From positions 7,338,610-7,402,609 of the forward strand of contig NC_057757.1 of the NCBI RefSeq assembly GCF_004010195.1: a stretch of DNA of 64,000 bases. The letters run 5' to 3'. The position numbers and the translations under genes are program-made. This DNA is from Chiloscyllium plagiosum. Taxonomy: Eukaryota. This document shows positions 1 through 13,636 of the stretch, in pieces (positions within the stretch are counted from its first letter, which is position 1; every line of letters begins with the position of its first letter). The notes below the pieces were generated by a model. It was not told the origin of the DNA. It did no database searches and worked only from the letters and a program-made list of their open reading frames with translations.

Positions 1-729
1 GGAATAAAGAAAATGAGAGCTGGAGATTGCAGCAGAATGTATGGAGAATTTGGAGGAATTGGAACTGCATGCCATGATTACTGCAGATAGATATGTCCAG
101 ATGGCAACCTTCAAAGATCGGTGGGAGAGAGGGGAAGAGTGAATGGAAGAGGCAATGATTTGGATACTCAGGAGAAGGTGGATTGTCAGGATTTCTGTGG
201 CCGAGGTCCGTTGTTAGACAGGCTGGTTTTCTCGATTGACAATCCTCTCCAATCCCTAGTGGATTACTCACTGTATCCTTCTGTGCTCGTCTCTGTCAAA
301 TCCTCTTCCCCACCCTCTTCATTGTCCAGGCTGCTCTTAACATCCTCTCTACCTGATGTGGGTATTAAGTTTGTCCTTAATTTTTTTATTCTCGTTTGCT
401 TTTCTTTCTGATCAACAATTTTCCAGGTCAAAATGTTTCCCTTGAATGTACTGCTGTGTATAATCAGTGAATTTTTATGTTTATATTTAATATTTATAAC
501 CCTTCATTTCATGAGACATGCCTCATGGGACAAAGCCAGTAAACTCCCTCCAATAAAAGTGTTTCATCCCATGAGTTGGATTTTCCTATGCAAAGAACAA
601 GATGCTATGAAAATCCTGGTAGTGGAGGAGAATCAGGTTTAATTTATTTTTTAAATATGGCCACCCTTTATTTGTTTTTTGTAATTTGTTTTCCTAACAG
701 CGGTAGTGCTTATATTTTTCGGCCACCTT

Positions 730-892
730 TCATTACTCATCCCTAATTACCCCTGAGAAGTTGGTTATCGACTGCCTTCTTGAACCGCTGCAGTCTGTGT
801 AGTGGAGATACAACCAAAATGCCCTTTGGGAGGGAGTTCCAGGATTTTGACCCAGTGATACTGATCCAACGGCGATATATGTCCACGTCAGA
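730..892 (-). mobile_element. short 3' fragment of a CR1/L2-group LINE
   Basis: Shares gggagggagttccaggattttgacccagtga-type sequence with 1900-2050 and 53010-53060. Confidence 0.5.
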
Positions 893-1841
893 ATGGAGAC
901 TGAATCAGAAGAAAATTTGTGTGTGGCAGTTATCCAAGTCAATGAGGACTTGAGAGATCAGAATCATATCAAAAAGTTCAATTCATGAGTTGCAACATTT
1001 TAACCGAAGCGATTTTCCTCGCTTGTCTGCCTTGCCCTCATTCTGATGGCTGTGTAAAATAAGTGTTGAAGTATTTTTCAACACTTTTCTATAAAAATTA
1101 AAATAAGCTATTTTCTGCTTGAGTTTAATTCTCAATTGCTTATACCTTGAACAAGCTGACCAGCAAAGAATAAGAGATGCCAACTGATTACCTTCATTTC
1201 CCATCTTGTTTTTAGGAATCACGTTGGATTACAGAGAATGCGCAAAGAGAAACTAGCTCCTCGGCCCAATCGGTCTATCTTAGTGATCATGGTCCAGCCA
1301 GTCTCCTCCCATCTCTCATCTAAATGTACCATGTGGTTCCCTGCCCCCTTCTCTCTCAATCGCTTGCCTGCTTTCCTTTTAAATTTCTCTATGTGAGTCA
1401 CTTCAGCCACGCCCTATGGTAGTGTGTTCCAGATTCCCACCACTCTCTGGTTGAAGACGTTTCTTGTAAATTCCCCAATTAAACTGCTTCCTGACTATCT
1501 TGTGTTGGTGTTCTCTGGCCTTCTGTTTTATCAAGCGATGAGGCTGTCAAGCCCCCTCCTGATATTGTAAAGCCAAGCATTTCTGGAATTGTGTTGGGAA
1601 GTCATTTCTGAACCCCTCGCAGTGCCTTGGCATTGATATTGTCAGCTGAAAAGAACCTCCAACTTTTGTTGTGGTTGTAAGTTATTTCTACTGTGATCTC
1701 TCTCCTTCCTCCCTTCACTCAGTGAAGCTGTCTTAATTTCGAAAAGATTAAGAGATGTGAAATGTTTGAAGTCTCCGTAATTGTTACCTTTTATGGTCTG
1801 TTTGAATATCCTATTCAAGGACTGTAGGAGCAGGAGTTTTT

Positions 1842-2851
1842 TTTCCAGAAAATTTATTTGTTGGATGTGGGCATTTCTGACTGGCCAATATTGATTGCCT
1901 GCCCCCACTGGCCCTTGAGAAGGTTGGGGGTGAGCTGTCTTCTTGAAACCCTGCAGACCACCTGCTGTGGGTTGACCCACACTGCCATTAGGGAGGGAAT
2001 TCCAGGGTTTTGATCTAGTGACAGTGAAGGAATGGCGATACATTTCCAAGTGTGGGTGGGGAGTGGCTTGGAGGGGAGTTTGAAGGTCGTGGCGTTCTCA
2101 TGTATTTGCTGCCCTTGTCCTTCTCGATAGAGGTGGCCATTGGTTTGGAAGATACAGTCTGAGGATCTTTGGTGAATTCCAGCAGTGCATCTTGTAGGTA
2201 GTACACACTACTGCTACTGAGCATCGGTGATGGAGGGAGGGATGCTTGTGGATGTAGTGCAATCAAGCAGCTGGTTTGTCCTAGATGGTGTCACACTTCT
2301 TGAATGTTGTTGGAGCTGCACCCATCCAGGCCAGTGGGGAGTAATAGAGTAATCCATTACATTTCTGAGTTGTGCTTGGGCTGATGGACAGGCTTCTGGG
2401 AATCAGGAGGTGAGTTACTTGCTGCAGTATTCCTTGCTTTGACCTACTCTTAGAGCCACTGTGTTTCTGTGGTGAGTCCGGTTGAGTTTCTGGCTAATGG
2501 TAACCCCTAGGATGTTGATAGTAGGGGAATCAGTGATGATAACACCACTGAATGTCAAGGGGCGGTGGTTAGATTGTCTTATTGGTGATGGCCATGGTCT
2601 GGCGCTTGTATGGCGCAAATGTTACTTGCCACTTGTCAGCCCAAGCCTGGATATTGTCTACAATTTCTTGCATTTGAAGACAGACTGTTTCAGTATCTGA
2701 GGAGTTGCGATTGGTACTGAACATCGTGCAATCCTTGGCGAACATCCCCACCTGTGACCTTATAATAGAGGGAAGGTCATTTATAAAACAGCTGGAAATG
2801 GGCCTAGGACTCTACTGAGAGGAATTCCTGCAGAGATGACCTGGAACTAAG
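1842..2851 (-). mobile_element. decayed CR1/L2-group LINE, 3' part (RT C-terminus and 3' UTR), cut by the gap
   Basis: ORF 2569..2751 MFAKDCTMF...NIQAWADKWQVTFAP has a degenerate FADD and the W..KW..F motif; ORF 2415..2618 has INILGVTI. Confidence 0.75.
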
Positions 2852-3351
2852 NNNNNNNNNNNNNNNNNNNNNNNNNNNNNNNNNNNNNNNNNNNNNNNNN
2901 NNNNNNNNNNNNNNNNNNNNNNNNNNNNNNNNNNNNNNNNNNNNNNNNNNNNNNNNNNNNNNNNNNNNNNNNNNNNNNNNNNNNNNNNNNNNNNNNNNNN
3001 NNNNNNNNNNNNNNNNNNNNNNNNNNNNNNNNNNNNNNNNNNNNNNNNNNNNNNNNNNNNNNNNNNNNNNNNNNNNNNNNNNNNNNNNNNNNNNNNNNNN
3101 NNNNNNNNNNNNNNNNNNNNNNNNNNNNNNNNNNNNNNNNNNNNNNNNNNNNNNNNNNNNNNNNNNNNNNNNNNNNNNNNNNNNNNNNNNNNNNNNNNNN
3201 NNNNNNNNNNNNNNNNNNNNNNNNNNNNNNNNNNNNNNNNNNNNNNNNNNNNNNNNNNNNNNNNNNNNNNNNNNNNNNNNNNNNNNNNNNNNNNNNNNNN
3301 NNNNNNNNNNNNNNNNNNNNNNNNNNNNNNNNNNNNNNNNNNNNNNNNNNN
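2852..3351. other. assembly gap (500 N)
   Basis: Run of N. Confidence 1.
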
Positions 3352-6300
3352 ATAAAAACAGAGGTGCCGATATGTCTGAACTGGCTACTGGCTACTTCAC
3401 AATGGCTAACAGATACTGCCTAAGTTAACAATTGGAGGATGCCTTTAGGTTATTTTAAAACATTGGTGCAATGAAAGGGAAGGGCTCAGTTCTCCCAGTT
3501 CAGGTTTCGTCAAGTTTGGTTTAAGTTTTAGCTGGGAACCTAGAGAAGCAGCTACAGTGAAAAAAGGTTCTATGCTTGAACTGAAGTTTTGCCTAAACAT
3601 TCCCTCTGCAAGGTTTCGAGCCTGTAAGAACCTTTGTAGGAATTTACATTTTTGCCAAGGGGTGTGTTTATGGGGTGTTGCAGGGATTGGAACAGCTTTG
3701 TTAAGTAGCATCGCATGTAGGTTGGGTTTACAAACAAGTTATTCTAGATACTGTTTTCATTTGTTTGTGTTCCATTCACAGTGTTTAAATCAATTCTGTT
3801 TTGTTTAACGCTGAGTGGTTTGACCAGCTGCATCATTCCTCAGATATCCACCTTCCATCTACCTTTACAAAAAAGTAAAAGTTAGGGGCCCATTTGTGAT
3901 TTATCCGATAGTTCCAATTTGTGTTTAGGGTGGCTGGACTCGAAGGCGGCAAGTGGTAGGTGTTAGTATCTTTTGTTCCATATCTTGTATTTGGTTGGTT
4001 TAAACAATGCTTAGTGTAGCAATGGCTCTTTCAGTTATTGAGCATTCCTGGGGGTGGAAGACGTGAATTTGGGGGTTTTACAGAAGGTGAACAAGGCAAA
4101 GCTGCTGCAATTAGCTGACAAGCTGTAAATTGAAGCTGCCTCCTTGCATGAAAAAAGGAGAGATAATTATAGTAAAAGCTCAGCATTTAAATATACCGGC
4201 ACACCATCAGAATCTTTGGAAATGGCTAAAATTGAATTGAAAATGAAGCAGTTTGAATTAGAGGCAAAAGAAAAAGTGAAACAGAAATGAAACATTTTGA
4301 GTTATGATTAAAAGCAGAGGAAAGAGGAAAAGAATGAAAGGTCCTAGCAAGACAAAGAAAGAAAAGGACAGAGTTGCTTTAGCAGAGCAAAAAGTAAAGG
4401 AGAGAGAAGAAAGGAGGAAAGAGAGAGAAAAAAAGGGTAAAAGAGTGAGAGAAGAAAGGGAGAAAGAGAGAGTTTGAACTTCATACATTGGCACTTAGAT
4501 AAGAAAATCTGCCTAAAGGATGGAGGTGGATGCACAAGGTAAGCTAAGTGAGGAGGAGAGTGATGATGAGCAAACCCATGGTAGTCAAAGGCCTATTGAG
4601 CACCTGATCAAATATATTCAAGGATTGCTTAAATCTGATTAGAAGGATCTAGAAGCTTTGTCACCTCATTTGTGAAAGTGGTGAAACAAATGCAGTGGGC
4701 CAGTGACCATGTGGGTTTTGCTGATCAAAACAAAGTTGCTTGGAAGAGCTAGTGAGGTATTTGCATCAGTATCAGAGGAGGTATCTGGGGACTATGAAGA
4801 GGTGAAGAAAGCCATCTTAAATGTATATGAGCTTGTGCCAGAAGCTTGGAGACAATGTTTGAAGAATCTAAGAAGGGGCCCTGGTCAAACATATGTTGAG
4901 TATGAAGGAATCAAATATTGTAATTTTGAGAGGTGGATAGGGGCATTAAAAATAGAGCAAACATATGATGCTATGTGAGAGGCCTTTTTTTTTGCAGAGT
5001 TCAAAAATTCATTTCCTGAGGTAGTGAGAACTCAAGTGGGAGAGCAGATTTAGAATGGCAAGATTCGCAGCTGAAATGGCTCATAATTATGTGTTGGTCC
5101 ATAAATCGAAGTTTGGCTTCCAACATCAATTTCAATCCATGATGGATAGAAATTGGGGATAAGAGACTCCCTCGCATGATAAGGGAAATGTAGATCTCGG
5201 TGAACATCATGAGGATTAACTGACCACAAGGTAATAAAGCAAACACATGAATGGGAAAGAGAAGTTGAAACATTCTGGTGTTTACACTACATTAGAATGG
5301 ATCAAGTGAAGGCACAACATTGGTGGGTTAGGAAAAACACTTGGAAGCTAGATGTGGGGAAACAAGATAAGCCAGTGAATTTTATTGGATTGGTAATGGA
5401 AAGCACACCAGTGGCTAACAAGCTGCATGAGAATGTACAATCTGTTCGGAGGTTGGGTAAGGAGGAAGTACCAAATCTTCTTAAACCATTTACCTGCGAA
5501 GGTAATGTTTATTTGCATAGGCCAGGAGCAGCAGGTAAAGAGGTTACAGTATGAAGACAAACAGGATCATGTCAATCTTTGATATTGAGAGATGAGGAGA
5601 TGTGTAACCCAAAAGGATTATTGCCAGAAAAAAAGTGTTAGTCTGTGGGATTCATGGTGAGACAAGAAGTGCTCAGTTATGTAGAATGAGGTTAGAGTAT
5701 CCAATGATGAGTGGAGAAGGTGTGGTAGGAGTTCTGAACCAACTCTCAGCTCCAGGGATACAATCTGTCCGTGCTGATGATATAGCTGCTTCACAGGTAG
5801 GAATGCTGCCTACTGTGGTCGAAAACCCAGTGGAGAATTAGGCAACTGAGGTATTACAGGAAGCAAATCCTGGGATTTTCACTGACTGTGTGGCAATGAG
5901 GTCACAAAGTCACCGGTTAAAACAGGAGGAAAGATACAAGAATACATTTAAGAAAGTTGAAGTAGGATTATCAGACACCATGTTTGACTAAATGATTTAG
6001 ATTCGACAAGAATCGATGGAGGACAATGTGAATGTTTATAGTTTGGAGAAATGAACTAAATTACAAGAGAAAGTTGAAAAACTGAAACAATTGTGTCATC
6101 AAGCATGCATGGAAGAATAATTTAAGTGTATTCCTAACTGGTACTATCTGAAAAATCATGTCTTAATGAAGAAATGGAGTCCATCACATATTTAGGCAAA
6201 TGAAACATGGTCAGAAGTACATCAAGTCATATTGCCAGTAGGTTATAGATAGGAGGTGTTGTGGGTAGTGCATGAACTGCCAGTAGGAGGTCATTGAGAG

Positions 6301-7762
6301 GTAATAAAAATTCAAGCTAAAATACAAAGACATTTTTACTGGCCTGGACTGCATAAGGATGTGGTTGAATTTTTCCAGACATATACATGTTAGCTAATTG
6401 GAAAACCACAAGCAGTTATAAAACCTGCATCTTTAGTACCAATTCCTGTGTTTGAGGAACTCTTTACAAGAGTCTTAATTGATTGCATAGGATCTCTACC
6501 TAAAACAAAATTTGAAATCAGTATTTGTTAACAATAATGGATGTGTCCACTAGATTTCCACAGACCGTTCTGTTATCAATATCACAACGAAAAGGATGGT
6601 GGAAGAGTTACTCAAATATTTCACTGGATATGGACTACCCACAGAGATACGATCAGATCAAGGGTTAAACCTCAATTATTCAAAGAGGTTATTGTCAGTT
6701 TAGGAATAAAACTATTCAAATCCACCATGTAACATCCAGAATCACAGGGAGTGCAAGAAAGATGGTATCAGAGATCACAGACCATGTTGAGGGCCTGTAT
6801 TCAAGACTGTCCAGATGATTGGGATAAAGGAATTCCATTTGTACTTTTTGCTATTAGAGTTGCACCAAATGAATCGACCAAACTCAGTCCATTGGAATTA
6901 GCTTTTGGGCATGAAGTGAGAGGACCGCAAATAATCCATTCCGGAGAAACTAGTAAATCAGAATTCAGAGATCACATATTTGGACTGTGTCAAATTTTAG
7001 GGAGTGATTAAATAGAGTGAGTCAATTGGCTTGACAGCATTTTAAAAAATCATAGTATACAATGAAACAGGAAGCAGACAAAAACTCACAATTTTGCTAC
7101 TGGAGATAGTGTTACTTCCAGTGATACGTGAACCATTAAAAAGCAAGGTTTAGTGGACCTTATAAAGTCAAGAGGAGGTTGAGTGAGGTGAAGTATTTGA
7201 TAAGGATTCCAGACGGATAGAAATCTCACAGACTGTGTCATGTGTTTCCCTGTATTTTGACAGGGAAGGAAAGCAAAAGGAGACTGTGTTATTGGTTACA
7301 ACATAGATGGAAGAATCAAGTTCAGAGGATTCTGAATTGGATATTCCTCAGATTAAATTGGACAATGAGGAAGTTCTCAAAAATTGGGATAAATTATTGA
7401 GTTACCTTCCAGAGGAAAATCAAAATGACCTGGAAGTGTTAATATAACATGAGGAGATATGTGGAAATAAGCTAGGAAGTACTAACCCAATCATGTATGA
7501 TGTAGATATAGGAGATGCTGTTCAGATGAAGCAACAACCTGAAAGGCATAACCCTATAAAGTTGGTACAGGTTGAAAAGGAAATTGAATGCATGCTCCAA
7601 GATGACATAATCGAAGTATGTTACAGTGGCTGGACATCACCCATAGTACTGGTGCCAAAGTCAGATGGTACCCAATGGTAATGTATGGACTATCGCAAAG
7701 TCAATGCAGTTACAAAGACTGATGCATATGCATTTCTACATTTGGAAGATGGTGTTGAAAAG

Positions 7763-8734
7763 TTTAAAAATCAAACAACACCAGTTTATAGTCCAACAGG
7801 TTTATTTGGAAGCACTAGCTTTCGGAGCAATGTTCCTTCATCAGATGGTTGTGGAGGATAAGATTGTAAGACACAAAATTCATAGCAGAAGTTTACAGTG
7901 TGATGTGATTGAAATTGTATATTGAAAAAGACCTGGATTGTTTGTTAAGTTTGTCATCTTTTAGAATGGCCATGTTGGTCTCAGTTCCAACATGGAACCT
8001 TTTTTAAAAAGTTACATTCTCAAGTGAACTTTAGCAATTGGTGTCATGTCTGCCGAGAGAATGTATTGAAGGTGTTAGCTTCCCTGTGTGAGGGAAGTTT
8101 TTGCTCAAAGGTTTTTTTTTAAAAAAAATTGCGATCTGCACATGAAAGAACTGAAACCAACATGGTCATTCTAATAGATGAGAGACTTGACAAATAATCC
8201 AGGTCTTTTTCAATATATAATTTCAGTTACATCACACTGTAAACATTTGCTTTACACTCTGTGTCTTACAATCTTCTTCTCCACAACCACCTGATGAAGG
8301 AGCAGCGATCCAATAGCTAGTGCTTCCAAATAAACCTGTTGGACTACAACCTGGTTTAGATTAGATTAGATTACATTACAGTGTGTAAACAGGCCCTTCA
8401 GCCCAACAAGTCCACACCGACCAGCCGAAGCGCAACCCACCCATACCCCTACATTTGCCCCTTACCTAACACTACGGGCAATTTAGCATGGCCAATTCAC
8501 CTGACCTGCACATCTTTGGACTGTGGGAGGAAACCTGAGCACCCGGAGGAAACCCACGCAGACACGGGGAGAACATGCAAACTCCACACAGTCAGTCGCC
8601 TGAGGCGGGAATTGAACCCAGGTCTCAGGCACTGTGAGGCAGCAGTGCTAACCACTGTGCCACCGCGCCGCCCACGGTGTTGTGTGATTTTTAACTTTAC
8701 ACACAACAATCCAACACCGGCATCTCCAAATCAT
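7763..8734. mobile_element. Penelope-like non-autonomous insertion with long inverted arms, inside Gypsy RT
   Basis: 11-bp TSD GTGTTGAAAAG at 7752-7762 and 8735-8745; 7763-7988 is the inverted copy of 8146-8355 plus 8676-8697; both arms carry CTGATGA hammerhead-like motifs. Confidence 0.75.
8356..8673 (-). mobile_element. HE1-type tRNA-derived SINE (full length)
   Basis: Minus strand starts GGGCGGCGCGGTGGCACAGTGGTTAG (A box), has GGTTCAATTCC (B box) and a (TCTAA)n tail. Confidence 0.9.
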
Positions 8735-9054
8735 GTGTTGAAAAGGTGAGACAAACAGCTTATATTTCTAAGTTGGACTAGCTCAGAGGGTACTGGCAGG
8801 TACCTTTGAAGGAGCAAAGACAATTTAGGTTTTTGTAACGCTGCGTGGACTAAAGTCATGCCATTTGGTATAAAAATGTGCCAGCCACATTTCAAAGACT
8901 AATCAAAAAGGTCATTGCTGAATTACCCAATTGTGTGTTATATTTAGATTACCTGGTGATTTTTAGTCATACATGGAAGGAATATTTACAATATTTATCA
9001 GAAGTTTTTAATCGACTCTCGGGAGGCAGGCTTGTTGATAAACCTGGCTCAAAG

Positions 9055-9184
9055 TTCCTGATGAAGGGCTTATGTCTGAAACATTGATTCTTCCGCTCCT
9101 TGGATGCTGCCTGACCTGCTGTGCTTTTCCAGCAACACACTCTTGACTCTGTTCTCCAGCATCTCCAGTCCTCACTTTCTCCTA
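9055..9184 (+). mobile_element. Penelope-derived short repeat with decayed minimal hammerhead
   Basis: CTGATGA-A-GGGC-TTAT-GTCT-GAAAC at 9058-9083, then gatgctgcctgacctgctgtgcttttccagca shared with other copies. Confidence 0.75.
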
Positions 9185-9839
9185 TAAGTGAACTTGCCAA
9201 AGCCCAAATCAGGTTCCTGGGCAATGTTGTTGTGCATGGATAAATGGCTCCACGGAATGCAAAACCAAAGGGAATTGGGGAGTTGCCCACACCATTGACA
9301 AAAGAGCAGTACTATGATTCCTAGGACTGAATGGGTTTTATTGGAAATTCATACCAAATTTTAGCAGAGTGCCTGCTCCACATGAGGAATTACTGAAGAA
9401 GGGTAAGAAGTTTCAGTGGACAGCAGACTATCAGAAGATATATGACAGCCTGAAGGCCATGTTAACCTTCGCCCCAGTATAAAGTGTTTATTTTGTTTGT
9501 TATGCTTGTTTGTGATTGCTAAGCAACTAAAATGGTGTCAGTTTAATGGTTTTTGCATGTGATCTAAAATTAGATGTAGAGATAGAGAAGAGGAGACTTC
9601 TAAGTGTTGAAGCAAGTTACTTAGCCTTCAGTGAACCAATGGTATGGAAAATACTCAGGGCCTTGCGTCTCCGATGAGGAAAGCAAGCAAATAATTCCTT
9701 ACTCAGTGTACCTGGATGTATGATATGAATAAAATATCCAAAACCACTGCACATGTCATGAGCAGATCTTTCCTGACATTGCTAACAGCTGGAGGATTTC
9801 AGTTAAGGAGAGGCTGCCTATGTTGGGACTTCTCTCATA

Positions 9840-10205
9840 GGAAGTTGAAGGGATGCATAAAAATCATTAGGGGTTTGGATGAGGTGAATGGCAGGCGTCT
9901 TTTCCATATGGTGGCTGATTTCAAGACCAGGGATATATTTTTGAGGTGCGAGGAGAAGGGTGTATAAAAACCATGGGCAATACTTTTCACATGGAATGGT
10001 TCATATGTGGAATGAACTTCCATTGGAAGTGGCGGGTGTGGGTACAGATGCGATGTTTAAAAGACATTTGGATAAGTACACGAGTAACAAATGTTTGGAG
10101 GGGTGTGGGCCAAGCACAGGCAGGTGGTACTTGTTTAGTTAGGGATTATGATCAGCATAAACTAGTTGGACCGAATGGTCTGTTTCCTTGCTGTATAACT
10201 CTACA
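9840..10205 (+). mobile_element. CR1 LINE 3' end fragment
   Basis: KIIRGLDEVN and HMWNELPLEV..FKRHLDKY motifs, followed by the ggaccgaatggtctgtttcc 3' tail. Confidence 0.75.
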
Positions 10206-10635
10206 AGCCTTGATTGAAGCAATTGGGGATGTTTCTGGAACTGTAGCACCGTAGGCTTCATTTTGTAAAGCTAGTGTGTTTGATAATACGTTTCGAGCCA
10301 GGCTTGTTTGCCTTGTTTGATGCATATTACATAATACCGAGCAAACAAAGCTAAAATTGGGTTATCTTGTTTGTGAATTTCAATGTAGCTGCAGATCTTA
10401 GTTGCAGAATTGAACATTTTTAAATAAATTAGAATGATGTTAAAATGAATATTTTGCAAATGATCTGTTTGCAGATATTTAAAAATAGAAATAAGATTTT
10501 TGTGTAATGAAGTTTGATTCATGTATTTGTTCCAAACACCTCCCTTCTCCTCTACTACTGCTGATTTTGTTCAAACGTGTATGTTTCAGTTAATTATGCT
10601 CGTTTTAGCAAATTAAATACTTGTTTTCTAGAAAA

Positions 10636-10945
10636 GGGGTGGCGCAGTGGTTAGCACTGCTGCCTCACAGCACCAATGTCTCAGGTTCAATTCCAGGCTC
10701 GGGCGACTGTCTGTGTGGAGTTTGCACATTCTCCCCGTGTCTGCGTGGGTTTTCTCCGGGTGCTCCGGTTTCCTCCCACAGTCCAAAGATATGCAGGTCA
10801 GGTGAATTGGCCATGCTAAATTGCCCATAGTGTAAGGTGCATTAGTCAGAGGGAAATGGGTCTGGGTGCGTTACTCTTTGGAGGGTCAGTGTGGACTTAT
10901 TGGGCCAAAGAGCCGGTTTCTACACAGATGAGGAAATCTAATCTA
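10636..10945 (+). mobile_element. HE1-type SINE
   Basis: GGTGGCGCAGTGGTTAG A box, GGTTCAATTCC B box, aatctaatcta tail. Confidence 0.9.
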
Positions 10946-11429
10946 TTAGCCACACCTAATTACGCAAAGCCGTTCAAGGTGCTTCTTGATGTGAGTGATG
11001 TGGATGTCGGTGTTATGCTCTTACAGGAAGGTAAGAGGAGGTAGAAAGAGCTATCGGGTATTTCTCCAGTGAATCAAATATTCATCAATGGAAATAATTG
11101 ACAGCTGAACTTAGTGTTCGCGTTACAACATTTCAATGCTTATGTTACCAGTAATATATCTGAGACAATCACATACATTGATCATAACCCATTGAGTATG
11201 TTCTCACTTTATGATTATTATTAGTCTGTTGATTCGCTCAATGCCTTCACATTCTTAATGTCAATGTGCATATTTTATAGTTCCCACTTTACACCCATTA
11301 GTGGATGATGACACATTGTGTACTTTGGTCAACATGATATTATTAGTTGCTATCACAGACTCCATGGAGAAATTCAATTTATACAGAATATGATACCAGA
11401 ATACCACTTGAAGAAAAACTGAAGAGTTT

Positions 11430-12328
11430 CTATTTAATGAATTTTAAAAGTAGAGCATGGGGAAATTTCACCACATTCTTCAACTGTTCTCTGAACTTCG
11501 TCTGTGTCACAGCATAAATGCAAGTATTTGTGCAGCAACTCAGGAGCTGGAGCATGAAGCCAATTTCTTGCAGAAAGGTAGGCAGCATTACTGAATCATA
11601 CCCTAAATACATCATTCGCCACCATATTGTGTAGACCATCAATATTGACCAGAGGAGGATGAAATTCGCTGATATAACAAATAATAAGACCATGGATTTC
11701 CTTCGACTGTCCATCTCTGCATCTCTAGGAGTCTCCCCACTGCTGTGACTTCGGAGTCTCTTTCGGGCTCTGCTGCTCACTAAAATGTGTCTGACAGTCA
11801 AAGCATTGAGCAGCACAATCAGAACAAATGGGATGGCTGGTGTTATAATATGATGAAGGAACTCGATTATTGTCCAGACGGTTGATTTCATAACATCGGA
11901 TGTCATATAGCAAAACCAGGGAAAGTTCTGAAGCCAATACTCATTTGTGAGCATAAAATACCAAAAAATGTTCTTTAAACAGCTCAGCACTGTTACTGTT
12001 CCCACAACCACAGCCGCCATTTTCTCAGTGCAGTATTTACATTTCAACTGATGGCAACAAATGGCTACAAATCGATCAAAGGTGAAAGTGACTGTCAACC
12101 ACACAGAACAGTCTGTGACTGTATGAAGTAAGATGGCATGGATATTGCACACTTTAACGGAAAATAGGAAAAAGAACTGTTCCCGATAAACAATTGGAAT
12201 CTGCCTCAGTATCAGATCAAAGATAATGACCAGCAGATCTGCTGCTGCCATGGCCACGAGATAGCAGGTGATACATTTAGAGAGACCACACTTTCCTTGA
12301 GCAAGTATTGCAATTGTCACTAAATTAA
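11430..12328 (-). CDS. GPR139/GPR142-like class A GPCR, copy 1, exon 2 (spliced protein 361 aa)
   Basis: Acceptor ccttcctaacag|TTAATTTAGTG; ORF 11430..12320 contains YLVAMAAADLL, TFTFDRFVAIC, ITPAIPF and CCTNTCIYA; in frame with exon 1 across a phase-1 intron. Confidence 0.92.
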
Positions 12329-13370
12329 CTGTTAGGAAGGAGAATAAAAATGGAGGTTAGACCTCAGACTTTTCAAATCCTTACCAGCTCTGTTTAAATT
12401 TGACTAGTATAGTATTTGGGATGAAAAGACACCTGAGGAATAACAGGTTATAAGAAATCAAATAAAGTTCACTGCTGAACTGACAGTCACATGTGAATAT
12501 GAACATTGTTTGAGTGTTAAAACAAGAGAACTAATCCTCTGTTGGATCAAATCGTGACCTCAATATCTCTGGGATAATTTACATGCAAAACATGTTAAAA
12601 TGCTGATGCTTATTACCTTTCATCTGAGTGAATATTGGAAAATCAACCTCGCTAGTGAATTAACTCACGTGTGTATTAATTAATGTTTCACAGCCATGCA
12701 TAATTCAACTCAACTCCTGAGATGTGTCTGTAAGCGTTGGTCTATTTGATACTGAACATTTGTTGCCATTGGAGAATACAATATATATTTTTCCCAAACA
12801 CTAGGAGTTCAGTTGGAGAATGATGCAGTGACAAATAAATGTTTGTGTGATCAAACTTTACTGCAATGCTTCACATGAGTAGAGGAGTGAACTCCTGGAA
12901 CTAGGATTCAGCAGTAAGAGCGACAAACCCCAGGAGAGGAGACTGCATTTCAAATCATTGCTAATCAAGTATAAATTTGATTGTTTCCCAATAAAGGAAT
13001 TCAAAATTTTAATGTTTCTTCTATTTTATATAATCAATATGAGGTATTATGGCCTGTGTAAATATTGATCTTCCAATGTGTTTATCAGTAATTTCCAAAG
13101 TGTTTACCTATCATTTTATCTGGACTATTCATCTGGCAGTTGTGTATTGACACTTGGAAAACATTGGAACTACACAAATGAGGTTGATGTAATGTTGCGA
13201 CTGAAGGTTTAATTTGATAGTGAACAAACTTTAAAATGACAAATTCATATATTATCGTCGATTTTTGGCTTGCATTTTGATAACTAGTTGGGGCACTCAA
13301 TGATAAATGGCAATTCAGAAGAACAGTCAGGAATGGTTTATCGCGTTGAGAGCTGTCTGGAGAGACTTAC

Positions 13371-13557
13371 CTGGGACTCCAACAATAGCAAGGATTGGAT
13401 AGTATATGTACTGACTAATCCGAAGTGTGTAAAAGATTCGAGGTGCCAATGGTAGCCATTTGAAATATGTAGAAAGATAGTCAATCTCTGAGGAGAAACT
13501 CTTGCCCAGTGTTGTAAGATTCCAGTCTCCTGTTCCCAGATTCAGATTCAGCTCCAT
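13371..13557 (-). CDS. GPR139/GPR142-like GPCR, copy 1, exon 1
   Basis: ATG at 13557, reads MELNLN...IYYPILAIVGVP, donor CCAG|GTAAGT; 187 nt gives phase 1, matching exon 2. Confidence 0.85.
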
Positions 13558-13605
13558 TGTAACATTCTAATCCAATGTTTTCGGATTCCAATCTATTGTC
13601 TGTCA

Positions 13606-13636
<31 letters not shown>

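Larger units (their letters stand above)
3352..11197 (+). mobile_element. decayed Gypsy LTR retrotransposon, Gmr1-type order (gag-protease-integrase-RT-RNaseH), copy A; 5' LTR about 3352-3885, no 3' LTR
   Basis: Capsid/SCAN-like YEEVKKAILNVYELVPEAWRQ (4703..4978); integrase DWDKGIPFVLFAIR...ELAFGHEVRGP (6751..7011); RT WTSPIVLVPKSDG (7493..7681) and PATFQRLI...YLDYLVIFS (8878..); RNaseH LATPNYAKPFKVLLDVSDV (about 10946-11044); many stops and frameshifts. Confidence 0.9.

Noticed and set aside
8600..8673. tRNA genes at A/B-box motifs
   Set aside because: They are SINE heads continuing into HE1 body and tail sequence
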